Shown: one piece after another, positions 1-12,918 of the stretch | Position numbering within the stretch: position 1 is the first letter of the stretch | How the letters are laid out: the number at the start of each line of letters is the position of its first letter | Assembly: GCA_023515725.1 (NCBI GenBank) | Contig: JALDTO010000098.1 | Location: 398,164 to 462,163, forward strand | Direction: 5' to 3' | Length of the DNA: 64,000 bases | DNA from: Amoeboaphelidium protococcarum X5 | Lineage: Eukaryota; Fungi; Aphelidiomycota | The notes under the pieces: model-generated | The model's database searches: none | What the model was told of the DNA's origin: nothing | The model's input: only the letters and a program-made list of their open reading frames with translations | Translations under genes and position numbers: made by a program

Positions 1-480
1 GAAACACCACACAAAGTGTGAGGCATTCACTAAAGCGATAAAATAAGATTTAGCTGCATTAAATAACACTTTTCTAGTATATTCGAGTCTCCTCTTTCAT
101 TTAAAAGAAACCGCAAATGCAGAACACCTCTCGCTTGGAAATTACTCATACCACACAAGGCGTGATGTACTTTAGGGAAACGCATCACAAGGTGTGAGGC
201 ATTGCCAAACCGCGATAAAATAAGATTTAGCTGCATTAAATTACACTTTTCTAGTATAATCGAACCTCCCCTATCATTGAAAAGTAACCGCAAGTGCAGA
301 ACACCTCTCGCTAGGAAAATACTCATACCACACAAGGTGTGATGTACTTTAGCGAAAAACCTCACAAGGTGTGATGCATTGTCAAACCGCGATAAAATAA
401 GATTTGGCTGCGTTTAATCACACTTTTCTAGTATATTCGAGTCTCCTCTTTCATTTAAAAGTAACCGCAAATGTAGAACA
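1..480. repeat. Tandem array A, ~176-177 bp unit, ~2.7 copies (runs off window start)
   Basis: CACAA(A/G)GTGTGA(G/T)GCATT recurs at 10, 186 and 363; GCGATAAAATAAGATTT and CACTTTTCTAGTATA recur with the same period. Confidence 0.9.
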
Positions 481-551
481 CGACTCTCTGAGAAAATAGC
501 TATAACGGATGCCAGTATAACAGGAATTAATGTCTTTGAACATCTATGGCC

Positions 552-1284
552 TCAAAATCTTCGCAATTTATTGTAACTCTTGGGAGGAAGTGTACACTAC
601 CCTTGTGAACGCCTGCGTATATACTGCTTGAATATGCGCTCATCCAAGATGACTCCTTCGTTAGTTATCATTGATTAGACACACTCCTTGAAATAGTTGT
701 TCTGCCATGCTATCAGTTGATGCTTTGGGAGGTTGGCAGGTGCAGATTTAAGTAGGGAATCATCTCTGGTGAGTCTAGTAAGCGATGAACCAACAGCTGC
801 ATGCTGACCAGCTGCTGCGATAGACCGGCCCTGCGCCTCCACCATATACATTTGGGAGGACATTAAGGTGGTGACTAATTTAATAACATGTCTGTTGGCA
901 CCTTCTACAGATTGATAGTCTACGCGTAAGTTCTCACAGCATTCCTCAGCGTCGATTATGCCAGACTTCAGGCCAGCTACTACTACCAAGTACGGAGCGT
1001 ACTCGTACTTCCAGACATCTCCTTTCCTGAGATCGCCGAAGCCCCAGATCTCGCTGCTGCTTGCACTGTTATGCTTGATGAATATGGTCTACTCATCCAA
1101 CGCGTTCTGAGCAATTCTATTCTGCCTCTCGGCCTCATTCAGTACAGGCACATCATCGTTGGAGTCATCGTCGGAGTCATCCTGTCGCTACACTGCAGGA
1201 CTGCTGTCACCACCATCTTAGAGTGCGCACGGCACGGCAGGGCCTGCGTATATATCTTAAACAACTATGATGACCGCGAAATCC
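552..1284 (-). other. Open frame of ~244 codons (code 6) with no clear start; unknown or decayed coding sequence
   Basis: No TGA between 552 and ~1285; acidic DDSDDDSNDD segment; no recognisable domain. Confidence 0.25.
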
Positions 1285-1530
1285 AATCAAGGACTCATCA
1301 ATCCAAGTCATTCGATCCGATTTCCAACACTTCTAAAATCTGGCGTTCATCATGTCCAGTAATTTACGCACCTTCCAAAATCTATCATCTTCATCAATCT
1401 CCTCGCTGTACTTTTCGCAGCATGTAAGATCAAAGCTTAATAGACATAGCGATTGTGTGACATGATCTTACCCAGAAGATGTATGTGTAGCATTAGTATG
1501 TATTCCAGTTATCTGCCATCTGTGCTTTGT
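1242..1530 (-). mobile_element. piggyBac-type transposase relic (frameshifted, truncated)
   Basis: Minus strand reads DRFWKVRKLLDMMNARFQKCWKSDRMTWIDESLIGFRGHHSCLRYIRR, matching the piggyBac block D-x-x-x-K-[IV]-R...IDES-[ML]-x-x-F-x-G...Y-I (first catalytic Asp at 1297-1299); upstream GKIMSHNRY (MSRNRF motif) lies in another frame. Confidence 0.8.
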
Positions 1531-2615
1531 CATTAAAGGTATTCAAAGGATGTATAATGAGATAGACTCCAAAAATCTTAAACGGTCATTGGGCCTTCAT
1601 GACTCTTCGTTAGCAGCTTCAAAATTAACACGTCTACAGTAGAGAGTGAGAGGCAAACTCGGAAATTGCAGATTCTGACAAGAGACTGCAAGTCAGATTC
1701 AGACGCTTCGTAGTAGCAATCAGGATGAAATGATTTTAAGTATTGGCAGAAAAGCTGGAATGCACTATTAATATTACCAAAAGATGAACCTGTTGATTTT
1801 TTCAAAGCCGCAAGTAGCCACCTGGAGTTACAGAGGATTTGTTCAGCCTCTCGACCAAGTTGATATTTACATCTTCGTACAGTAGGAAATACTCATTTTA
1901 CAGAGACAGCAAGATATAATTATACTGAAGGATACCGTTTTAAAAGCAGAACTCCAACCAGCCAGCATTGAAGCTTCGTTCTGCGCTCTCCCACTAAACA
2001 AGGAGCAGAATCACAGGGCTGCTTATCCAGCGACACCATCAATAATGATATTGGACCAACACTCTGATAGCGATAGTACAGCTATTTGACAGAAGTAACG
2101 AGCCCAGTTGTCAAAACTGCACTTGGATAGCTCTCCATAGCGTCCAATCTTGCATATTATCAAGTCGCACTAAAGATCATTTTCGTGCAGTAAGGTACCT
2201 AAGGTACCGAAGAACATTACATAACAACAGTTATTAAGAAAATGCCAACCTAAAATGAATGGAGAGAGAGAAAGAGAGAAGTCGCCTTTGCGCAACAGCT
2301 TTGGAGGAAAACATTTCCTTATTTACTCCCATTTCGATTGAAACAATGATCGAACTCAAACAAACACATCAATGTACTGTATATTGTACCTACACGCTAA
2401 GTCGGATATTGCAATTTATTTTTTCCCGCAATATAGTTTAAGGTCACGTATTTTATAGTCTGATATGTTCCATCTCCGCTTGAGGACTGTTTTAAATAGC
2501 GATGACATTTACTTGACAACGCTTGTAACACAATCACGGCTTAATTTTAAACTTTAACGCTCATTCGAAACATCTTCAACCACTCGAAATTAATAAAATC
2601 ATTATCGGTAATTAT

Positions 2616-3173
2616 ATGAGGTACAACTTATTGTTTTTAGCTGCGATATTCTGTCTCTTGTTTACAGAGACCCTGGTAGAGGGTGCTTGCGGAGATTATT
2701 TGAATATAGCTTCTTGCGTTGCTACCACCTGTAGTTGGTGTAAGCCAAAAGATGAAAGTGTTGCAGAATTCTGCGGATCAATATCATCATGGAAATGTGA
2801 TGGAGAGTAGTTCATAGTGTTTGAAAAGATAAACACTACATCTGCTGGTCTGATATTCCTGTATGTGTTGATCGCGTTGGGCATACCGGCTTTGATTCTA
2901 TTCGTTTACTTGAAATGGTCCTGTTTGAAGTCTTCCATGAAGAGGGGCAAGATATAGAATAGATACGCTTTCGAGAACAACATGAATAAACTATCTGACA
3001 AGTGGACCAAGGTGACTACGAAGCTTAATCCAAAGCAAGGCCGCGGTAAAGATGGTAAATTGTTGGATGCTGAGCAGATTATCGCGTCATCAGATTATGG
3101 CATGAGGAGCAGTAGTAGCTCGACGTCACCATCAACAAAGACGTCAAAGATTGGCGGATTATTTAAAAAGTGA
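2616..3173 (+). CDS. Small type-I membrane protein with a Cys-rich PSI-like ectodomain (PTTG1IP/PBF-like), 185 aa
   Basis: Signal peptide; C..SC...CSWC...C...WKC ectodomain; TM LIFLYVLIALGIPALILFVYL; basic tail; joins two ORF-track pieces via TAG=Gln; TGA stop. Confidence 0.7.
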
Positions 3174-3202
3174 TTTTATGATACTATGGTGGTATAATTA
3201 TC

Positions 3203-5911
3203 TCAATTCAATTCATGATCATCAATGGGAATCTCTAATACTTCCTTCATAATAAAAGTCCCGCAATCTTCATCTTTCCAGTAGTTGAAATGAGCACTCA
3301 GAGCTGACAGATACGGATTCTCAATAAAACTGATATTCAGCGAGTAGTCCAATCTTCGTCGCCGAGGATTAAGACAAGCCAGAATCTACTCCGTGGTAAA
3401 CTTGGGAGATGGACACTTTTCCACCACAACTTCCGGCACAGGTGTATCACTTCTTCCACCAAAAGGATTAGTCGTCATTCCGGATGAATATTCTACAGAC
3501 GAAGCATCAGATCTGACAGACATTCGATCAGCCTTTGATCTCCTATCTTTTGATTTTTTCAATTTTGCGTCAAGCTCTATATTGTCTTGCTTCACCTTGT
3601 CCCCTTCCATTGTGCTCATTGTCTACTTAAAAGCCATCGAAGCAATCACTGTGCTCTTCAACTGATCCAAGAGTCCAGTAGCTTTATTAGCAAAGTCATT
3701 CGTTGTTTTAGATGCGATTTCTCCAATATTAAACAAACTTGATGACGGCTTACCATTAGGCACCACTGCAGGCTTCTAGGTAGCCAGAGATTTAGCAATC
3801 ATGGGCTCACAACGATTAGCAATAGGATCATTCGGATGGATAATGGAATACATTCCATCCATATGGAAATGCATAACTTCATTAGCGTGAAAGTCCCACA
3901 GCTGATTAATCAGAGCACTCTTGTCATCCTCTAGGCAAAACGGATGCTTTTAATGCCACAGCTAATAAAACTCTAGCATGGCCGTGAGTGATGCTCCAAT
4001 TCTCTTTGATTTCAATAAAGCAAATAATCCCAGCGGACTGCCTAATAAGAAGAACTTGGAGACTGAAAAGTTGAGACATGTCCTCACTTCATCGTCATAT
4101 TGACGCTTCTTCTTCTTTATGGCAAGACTTGGATACTTTTAATGATAAACTTCTGATAAATCAACTGGGCTTTCCGGTTAATCGCAATCAGCGGGCTGAC
4201 CGACAAGTCCCTGCTTAACATCGTGATGATAACACAACACGTCAGAGACTATGATACTACCAAGACTATGAGATACCACGTGAACTTGACCAACTTTACC
4301 ATCAGCACCAGGCTCTAAGAATGAAGGATGTTTAGACACAAATATGGCGTACAAGCGATTCATTTCTGAAATCAATCTGACCAGCATATCAGTCTTATGC
4401 CGAGGTTCCATGTAAAGAAGAACATCCAACAGTACATCTGATATGATGTTACGCAAAGCAGGTATAGTATCCAAATTAATATCTTAAAGCGATGGGACTT
4501 CATCTTCTGGCATATCCTAATCTTGAACTGGTCTCTCATCAAAACTCAGCTTCTTTCGCCATTCAATGGGAATGACCATGATATTTGGCGGTTTATAGAG
4601 CTCAGGCTTTCCTTAATTATTATCGCCACTGCTTTTCTTGGCTGATTTCTTATTAACCACCGGAACAATGTTATTCTAAATGGAATCCTTAAAGTTCTTC
4701 CTCAACACAGTAACATCCTCAATAAAGTTCACCGCAGACAATTTCTCGCCCAACTTCTATCCAATACCATGAATAGCAAATACCAAGTGTCTAATATTCT
4801 GCTGACCTTATAACCATTCTTAAGTAGAGTTTACGCTTTCTATAGCACTTTATTTGTTCTCTTTACCGTCATCCTTTGCTTAAGTCGCAGCTTTAGTATT
4901 AAGCGGTTACTGCTGTGATGATGCTGATGAAGACTAAACAGGCTTTTTAGATGGACTACTAGAGCCAGACTTTTCGCTCTTTTAACTTTTACTTCGAAAA
5001 TCCTCAACATTATTCCATCCTCTGATGACTCTAGTTCCCCAATAACTCTCATTAGAACTACTTATCCTCACGTAGATAGCCTAAGCAACTGTAGAGGTGA
5101 TGTCATCTTTACAAAGCCATCCACCAGTCTGTGAATTATAAACAACAAATTACGCAGAGTACTTGCCAAAAAGTGACCATTTAAGCTTAGATTATATCGA
5201 TTATTGCTATTACTACTACTACTAGTATTGTTACTATTAAGTCTAACCCTACTAAGAACTTTGAGAAGTAGGAGATAGAATAGACTCTGACTTGTCATCT
5301 TATTATTGAGATGATGCTATAAGTGGAGCAAATACATTGTACGGTTTATACTTTAGATATCCATCCTCAATCTACTGAGCCATCAGCTCCTCTATTGGAT
5401 TATACTTGGCATTTGCACCGGTTCCCTCAACAGTGAACCACGATGCTCTTATCACTGGATACGCAGGGCCATCCCAATATACTGGATATATGATTCTCTT
5501 TTAGATGTCCACTTCATACAGATAATCTTCATGTACTATCACTTTTCCGTCCTAAGATTGGTTCTTCTACAAAGCAACATACACATTTTCCAGAGCAAGT
5601 TCTTCCTCAGCAGAGAACTGCGTCCACACAGTAGGAACACCAGCTAGCCTATTACTTTGAGCCTAATCATTCAAAATCTGAGCCTGTTTAGTATCACGAT
5701 GGGGAGTAGAATCCAAGCTTTCATCATAATCATCATTATAATTATCACCATGATCAATTTTATCAGTGCGGGACGGTGTATCTCGATTTTTAGGCGTCCC
5801 ATTCTATAACTCATCCTACCAATTATAGCACGCATGAACAGGATTATTCGTCGCCTTGAACCACTTATACGCCAACTATGGAGGTTGATCTTGTTAAATT
5901 AGAGACTCCAT
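3203..5911 (-). CDS. DDHD-domain phosphatidic-acid-preferring phospholipase A1, ~902 aa
   Basis: LVFAIHGIGQK, lipase SHSLGS, HPNDPIANRCEP, RLDY, SAHFNYWKDED; frame consistent with TAR=Gln; TGA stop. Confidence 0.9.
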
Positions 5912-6210
5912 TCTGCAAATATGAAATGGGATGACTATAAGGATAATAAAAGACAGAAGAACAATGTACGAACAGATAGATTCACAATAATGCTAGAGCA
6001 GTGCCCCTGACAGAAGAAGAGGAATGTCTAAAAGATTCAAAGTGAAACGGAACGCGAGAACAATTGGAGCGAGATTCAATCGCAAATGGCTGGCTATTTT
6101 TATGATGATTGTTTCAATTTAATCATCCTAGTAATTCTTGAATTTCTTTGATTTTTAAAAAATCTATATTCTACATTCAGTGTAAAGATAATCTTATAGT
6201 AGAGTACAAT

Positions 6211-7056
6211 ATGACATCTAGATCAATTGAGCTGATGGAGACGGGACTTTACAAATCATCCCACTTGAACAAGTCCATGATTAGTCTGAATCAACTCGGA
6301 GGGACTAACAATGCAACACCCAAAATGCGTAATATTGATGGCTCATTGACATTACAACATATCCCGCATGATACTTAATCCTTGTTAAATTCCTTTGCAT
6401 ACCTCTTTCTAGGCAGCGCATCGCTGGGAGTGACAATTGGGTTGATTCTGGCAGACGAGATGAAAAAGACTTTGCGAGGCTAATAATTAGTTAGACTGCC
6501 CGCTGTCGGTGTCAGTGATAGTGCAGAGCCGGCGTAAATGAGCCAAGCCGGTGCTAATGAATGTTTCGTACTATCAAAGTACTTCTAAACCGAAGTGGTT
6601 ATTGTGAGCGCAATGCAAAAGACTGCCGGATCGACAATGAAGTTTGGCTCGGCAGGAAATTACAAATACCGAGTATATCTGATGCAACTTGCGCCACTGA
6701 TCTGCGAGCCGATAGTGTTTCAGGCTGGCAGTGAAGTCTTCAAACAATTCCGCTGTGATGATGAAGCTCTGTTCAATGATGCAAAGGCTTTCGCGTTCAT
6801 ATGCACTGAACTCTCATCTATTATAGTGTAGAATACTAGCTCGCTCATGGAAGATGGGATCGTTCGCACGAGTAGCACTGCAACTCTATTCAACTCTGCA
6901 GACAGTGTCCGAAACAAACGATTCAAGAGAATATGTGGACTAGATAGAGAAGATTTCTGCCAAATTGCAATAATTGCTCTAATTACTTCAGCCGCTATTG
7001 GTCTTATTCTACTCTTAACAAGTCTATTTGATCCGAATACACGAGTGACTTTCTGA
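6211..7056 (+). CDS. Hypothetical membrane protein, 281 aa, with C-terminal TM helix
   Basis: Three in-frame ORF-track pieces joined by TAR=Gln; hydrophobic segments AYLFLGSASLGVTIGLIL and IAIIALITSAAIGLILLL; TGA stop. Confidence 0.6.
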
Positions 7057-7076
7057 TTAACACTCATCTCAATCAA

Positions 7077-8039
7077 TCAATCAATATACTTTTTCGTGAT
7101 ATTCCACAATTTTGACTATACTTCTTTATCTTGAGGATAGTCTGTCTACTTCATCACCCTGCCCTTGAACATAAAGCCGCCAGACAAGTTCTACTCTGTC
7201 GACAGACCAGCGGCAACTAAACTAATTGCACCATCGTCTACAGTCATCTTTGCTGCACCAAGTTTCCCTTCAATCTCTTTTGAAGTGAATCCGTAACTTT
7301 CTCTAAGCAAATTAGTTCTAATGTACCCAGGATCAATGCATACACTCTCCACCGTGACCCCCTTCAAATCCAATCCTTTCACATACTCATTTTAATCTTT
7401 TTCAACATTAAACATATTATGAATGTAATTTGACCACACCAACTGCGACAACTTTGACTGACAATACACTTTCCAAAAATCAAATTCATTACTTTGCGTT
7501 AACAAGTTGTCAAAATCCAGCTTAACAGTTCTGTAACAACCAGCGCTAGTATTGATAACACGCATCAAATTGGAGACTGGTTTATCCAACTTGGCAATAT
7601 TACGCATCATTCCGTGAGTGAAAACAGCATGACTGAGATAGTTACTTTGGAAAGTTAGTTCAATGTCATCTCTGGTCAAAACTCGGTCTTTGGACATCAT
7701 GCCAGCATTGTTAATGATGAAATCAGGACAAACGCCAACATAGTTTTAATAATCCTTCATTGATAGATGGATATCTTCTAGAGAACTCAGATCCATTTTA
7801 ATGGCGAAAAATTGTTGCTCCTTCTTCACCTCTTCAGATGATACATTTTGATCACGAAATGGTATAAGCTGTTACTGGATAACATTCTTCCCGTCCACAA
7901 GCTTCCGACATCCAAGAACAACATTGCATCCAAGAGCAGAGTACACTTTGGCAGCCTCCAGACCAATACCTTGTGTGGCACCAGTGATGAACAACGTCTT
8001 TCCAATCAGCGACTTGGTTCCCAAGAATTTACTAGCCAT
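7077..8039 (-). CDS. Short-chain dehydrogenase/reductase (retinol dehydrogenase/WWOX-like), 320 aa
   Basis: TGATQGIG Rossmann motif, INNAG, NYLSH, catalytic YCQSK, DPG. Confidence 0.9.
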
Positions 8040-8440
8040 GACGTAGTTATTGTTATTGTTATTGTTACTGAGGAGAAAAGAAAGAGGAGACGGACGCTGC
8101 GAGATTTTCAATAGAGACGAAACCGCACAGCTGAAACAATAGCAGCATGTAGACTGATGACTGAAGTTGTTAACTGATACTTAGTAGAGGCAATGAATAA
8201 ATGCGGATCTATTTCATTAAAATAAATACCCTACTCAGCTAATGCCTCTTCAAAGGATTGAAACACCATGACGAGCTAAATTTAGACTGCATCAATCCAT
8301 GACCGTAATCTATACTCAATAACAATCCCTCCTTAATCTATCAATTTGACTGACTAATTCATTTTCATTATTCAGGTGTTAATTTAATTGAGAAATAGTC
8401 GTTATAACTGTAACGAATAAAAAATTGGGATATTACTGAT

Positions 8441-9823
8441 ATGGCACCGATTGCGGATTCTAAAGGTAGCCAAGACGCGACATAGGCTGCGGTTAATAAT
8501 GGATCAACGAGCCTTGTTAGGAAAAAGAGTCTAATACCTAGACCATCCAGTGGTAAGATTAGCAGTGTTTAGTAGTAACAGCAGTAGAAAAGTATCAATG
8601 CCTCAGATTCATACGATATATTACAGCAATCCTCTGCTAGCAGCTTCAGGGCAATGTCTATCTCCTCAGCTGAATATGAGCCTACGCCGCCCTAAAGGGA
8701 GATGACTGCGGGGAGTTAAAAGTTCAAACGCGACCGAATACGTACACCTGGTAAGCTGAGAAACTTTTTTGATGAGGCCAAAAAGACACCGAAGAAGGCT
8801 AGTGATAACTCTTCGATACCTTAACTGTACAAAGAGATGGTGGTGTCTGCCCAGTCGCTGTCTAAATCATCATCTGGCATAGGAAGTGACTTTATGGTTA
8901 GTGCCCGCTCATCTCGTGTCAACTCTATCAGTTCAACTCCGTCGGCAACACTTAAGCAGTCTGCTCCGCTTACTATCCTGAATGGATCGCCATCTGCATC
9001 AAACTAAATAGGTAGCCCAAAGACTTTGCCTCGCGCCAAGGCTAGATCGTCCTCTTTCTCATCGTCTTTGAATTCGTCATAGATGCAACATGAACAAGTG
9101 ATTCAGTAATCCATCCAAAAACTTCAAAAAGAGTCTCAGCCTATAAATGGTTCCAACACTGATGCCTTCGCCGCGTCAAAGGCAACGGGGAGTTTCCCCA
9201 AGATTATGAAGCAGTAGCCTGCTGAGAAGTAGTAATCGCGTGGTAAATCTGCGACTGCGCATACTCAGCCAAAGATCAAGATAATACCTCAAATTTCATC
9301 TTTCGACTCAAGCAAGTAACTGAATAAGTCTGCCACTGGATTGAAGAAATCGACTAGTGTTAGGAAGTAGAAGCCGAAGGAAGTCGGTAGTGATAATGCT
9401 GATACTCAATCTCTGTTCACTTCAACCGAATAGTTGATTACCGCGCCTGCTATCAGCGCACCATCTACAAAAGATAAACTACCTGGACAAAGTAATGTCC
9501 TTGTTCCTACAGAAGATGCTAAGCCAGTGGAAAGACCTCTTACTCCAGATGGAATGAAGAGATGCGAGTTCTGCGAGAGGACTTTTAATCTGGACAGAAT
9601 TGAAAAGCATTAAGGTGCATGCGCGTCAAGTCCGTCTAAAAAACAGCGCAAAGTCATGGATGGAAAGACGTTGCGTACTAAGAATACCGAATTTGAAAAG
9701 AATGTCAAGCGGATGGCTAAGCAACCATAACAAAGTGTACCTAAAAAGAAGAAAGCTGACTGGCGCAAGTAACATGAAGATTTTATCAATGCTATCAGAG
9801 CAGCAAAATTACAGTCTTCGTGA
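8441..9823 (+). CDS. C2HC zinc-finger protein (ZC2HC1/FAM164-like), 460 aa
   Basis: C-terminal CEFCERTFNLDRIEKHQGAC followed by WRKQHEDFINAIRAAK; long low-complexity N-terminus. Confidence 0.8.
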
Positions 9824-10189
9824 TTTAATCAGTGAGATATGGTGTGTGTGGGGGGCTGAATTTATTACAATGTCGTTGACTCAATTAAATCTTTATCACT
9901 ACATTTCTCTTATCCTCTTGTTCGTGATGACTTCATCAATCATGAGTGATTATGTGACAGCCAAGCATTGATGATATTGTGCCACGTCAAATGTAACAGG
10001 GCCTTCCATTAAACGACGTTCCACGAGAATGGTTGCGTGACACACTGCGCCAAGCGTAACATGATGTAGTATGGCGGCCCTCTGATTGGCTGACTTGATC
10101 ATTTTTAATCTCAGTGATCAATTTCTAACATTCTTTTCTCCTAAGTATATATACTTGAATACAGACATATAAATAATACTGCATCCGAG

Positions 10190-10684
10190 ATGTTTGGTAA
10201 AAGATCATTTATTGTAACATTGCTACTTGCATTTAATATTCGCGCGTAATCTGTCGGGGAAGCTGTTGCTTATCATGAAGGCAAAGTGTATTACCCAGCC
10301 AAAGAGCCGGTTCCACAGCCTGAAATTAGAGAGCCTATTATTATCGATGAGCGTGTGAAATAGTCACAGACTACTGTCAGTGCCGCTACTGAGCCGTCCC
10401 CTTTGCCTTAGTAGCCAGCGTCGTTTAGAAATGCCACAATGCTGAACAGTACCATGATCACCGCTCCTCCTCTGCTGGCTAATGTGAACGCGTCAGATAA
10501 TGCCACCTAGTATCGAGCTGCATCCTCAAAGAATGATAGCACCAACTCTACAAATATAGCAGACTCCTAGAATGACACTGATAAAGAATACACCGCTCCA
10601 GTGAGAGATGAAGTGAGCTCAGGATCCGCTGTGGTGACTTCTCTTCTGTACTCGTCCGCATTACTTGCTATGATGCTTCCATGA
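10190..10684 (+). CDS. Small secreted, probably GPI-anchored glycoprotein, 164 aa
   Basis: Signal peptide, many N-x-S/T sequons (NAT, NST, NAS, NDS, NDT), hydrophobic C-terminus SSGSAVVTSLLYSSALLAMMLP; absent from the ORF track. Confidence 0.7.
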
Positions 10685-10943
10685 TGACTTTACATTATAA
10701 TAATAAATTTTCTATAATATTTTAAATTTATAAAGCTTTTTTCTGTTGCCAAATCATTTATAATCAAACAGCCTGATTTATTCATCGTTGAGACTGAATG
10801 TCTTTCCTTTGATCGACCTGAAACAACAAAATAGGCCAACTGTCTCTTTTAGCAACAACAGCAGCTCGGTTTTGTTTACATTCACATCCGTTGTTCATAC
10901 GACCTCATAACTTAAAGCATAAATTTTTTGTAAACTATATAGA

Positions 10944-11630
10944 ATGATGAATGGTATGGATTTTTTGGGCAAGATTAAGGAAGAACTACAGCGAGCGAAT
11001 CTAATGTCTCCTCCGCAAGCTAAAGTGTCAAGAATGCGACAGCACTAACATTAGCCCGAAGATACATAGAACAATAGCACTTCCACGAAGATGACACAAG
11101 AATCAGGAAGTAGATTTATATGCAGAAAAGTTGCCGGTAATGACATTGATTAGTTGAGACAATTTAATGAAGAGTTATTCCCGGTAAAGTATTAGAAACA
11201 GTATTATGATGATCTGCTGCGGTAAGAGAAGCAGTGGAGAAAAGATGACGACTTCATGCACGTAATTGCCTTCATCGTAATTGACAGGAGATGTGAAAAC
11301 GGTAACCCGATCGTAGCCTCCATTGGGTGTAGAATACAGTATGGATAGGAGGGACATCATGCGTACATAATGAGCCTCGGTGTTCGACCATAATATCGAA
11401 ACAAGGGTTTTGCGCGTCACTTGATGAGAAAAGTGCTCTCAATGATTCAATGTTAAGAGATTAAAGTTTCGCTCGACGTCCTTCCTTCAAACGAAGCTGC
11501 GATCAATCTGTATCGGTCGTTCAACTTTGTTGTCTCCCACGTCAATGTTGCCTATTACACTATAGAAGGCCAGGAATACGATTCGCTACACATGATCAAG
11601 TATTATAAAGATTGCCTTAAAGAGGAGTGA
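10944..11630 (+). CDS. GNAT N-terminal acetyltransferase (NAA60/NAA50-like), 228 aa
   Basis: LFPVKY, YIMSLGVRPQYRKQGFA acetyl-CoA motif, LDVLPSNEAAINLY, YYTIEG. Confidence 0.85.
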
Positions 11631-11828
11631 TTAATATGATGATGTTGAAATGTAAGTTATTGTGTGTAGTATCTATCATGTTAGAGTTTCTAGTGTTTAA
11701 ATTTCCAACCCGACCAAAAGTCAAAAGTTTATTGCTGATCAAACAAACCATCGCTTGAACAATTGAAAAAACAACAACATAATATATCAGATACATAATG
11801 AAAGCAAGTAAAAATATCTAATAAGTAC

Positions 11829-12434
11829 TCAAATACGTTCAAATGAATCTGATACTATGCGAGGATTCTTGTTGGTGAGCACCTTCTTATGACTTTCAGC
11901 ATAGTCAAATGTGCAGTTGTGATTGGCACTTATCTTGTGAGCATCACAGAATACATAGCCGCACTTGCACTTGTTAGATATTTGTTTAGCCATATTCATT
12001 TTCAGTTTACATATATTGCACCGCTTCAGCTTGGCAGGATTAATTTCAGCTACAGTAGCTTCTTTATTACCACTCTCTGTTGTTGTTGTCTCCTTGACAT
12101 CAGCTGTTGTGCCGCCGCTTTAAAAATGGGCAGTCACATGATCAACGACGGCGGAAGAATCACTTGATATACCATCCACAGCAATAAAAGTGGCAGTTGA
12201 TGGAGAGGCAATAGTAGATGAAGGGGCAGAGATAGCAGGAGTAGATACTGGAGCAGCTGAGCCGGATATCTGTTACGATGCGGATGCGGAAGGATTATTA
12301 CTACTAGCATTTGATTACATCATCTTATAACACTTGGAGCACATCTGACCAAACTACTCATTTCCAAAGAAGCCACAGTTGGCGATACAGAGCTGAGGCT
12401 CTTTGGCAGGACTAGGCGTTTACTAATTATTCAT
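11829..12434 (-). CDS. A20/AN1 zinc-finger protein (ZFAND5/6, SAP-like), 201 aa
   Basis: N-terminal LCIANCGFFGNEQFGQMCSKCY; C-terminal CNIC...CKCGYVFCDAHK...HNCTFDY. Confidence 0.9.
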
Positions 12435-12918
12435 ATCAGATTTATTTTATCGTTAAAGTTTATAGCTGTTCAATTGCAAAGATAATAATCAATCAGCTGA
12501 TGCGACTAAAAATGTGATTGAGAGTAATAGAAAGGAAAGGAAGGCCGATTGCCGGCAAAATGATGTCAATGCCGACGTCCGATTGGGCAAAATCTGTTTG
12601 ATCACGCGATATTTAATTTGATCGTTGAGTTGCTCTGCGTTTCCCGCTTAAGTCTTCTGCATTCCAGATTAAAACAGGAAGTCGTTCATCTTGGTGAAAC
12701 AGATATAGTCGATTCAACGCGCATATGCTTTCCTATTTCAATCATGATGATGTTTCACTATTGAGTTTTCTTTATTTCAAGTACAGTATAGTCTATTCCT
12801 GTGCTATTGCATCTTTGAACAGGAAGTCTTTTTTGCCAGCTGAAGATACTTATTCAGGAACGCTTAAATTTTCTCTTCTGAATAGTCACTTGGAATATAT
12901 AATCAATTTTATAGTTCA

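Noticed and set aside
30-365. ORF-track proteins inside array A (and 39467-39985 inside array C)
   Set aside because: Chance frames in repeats whose unit lengths are not consistently multiples of three
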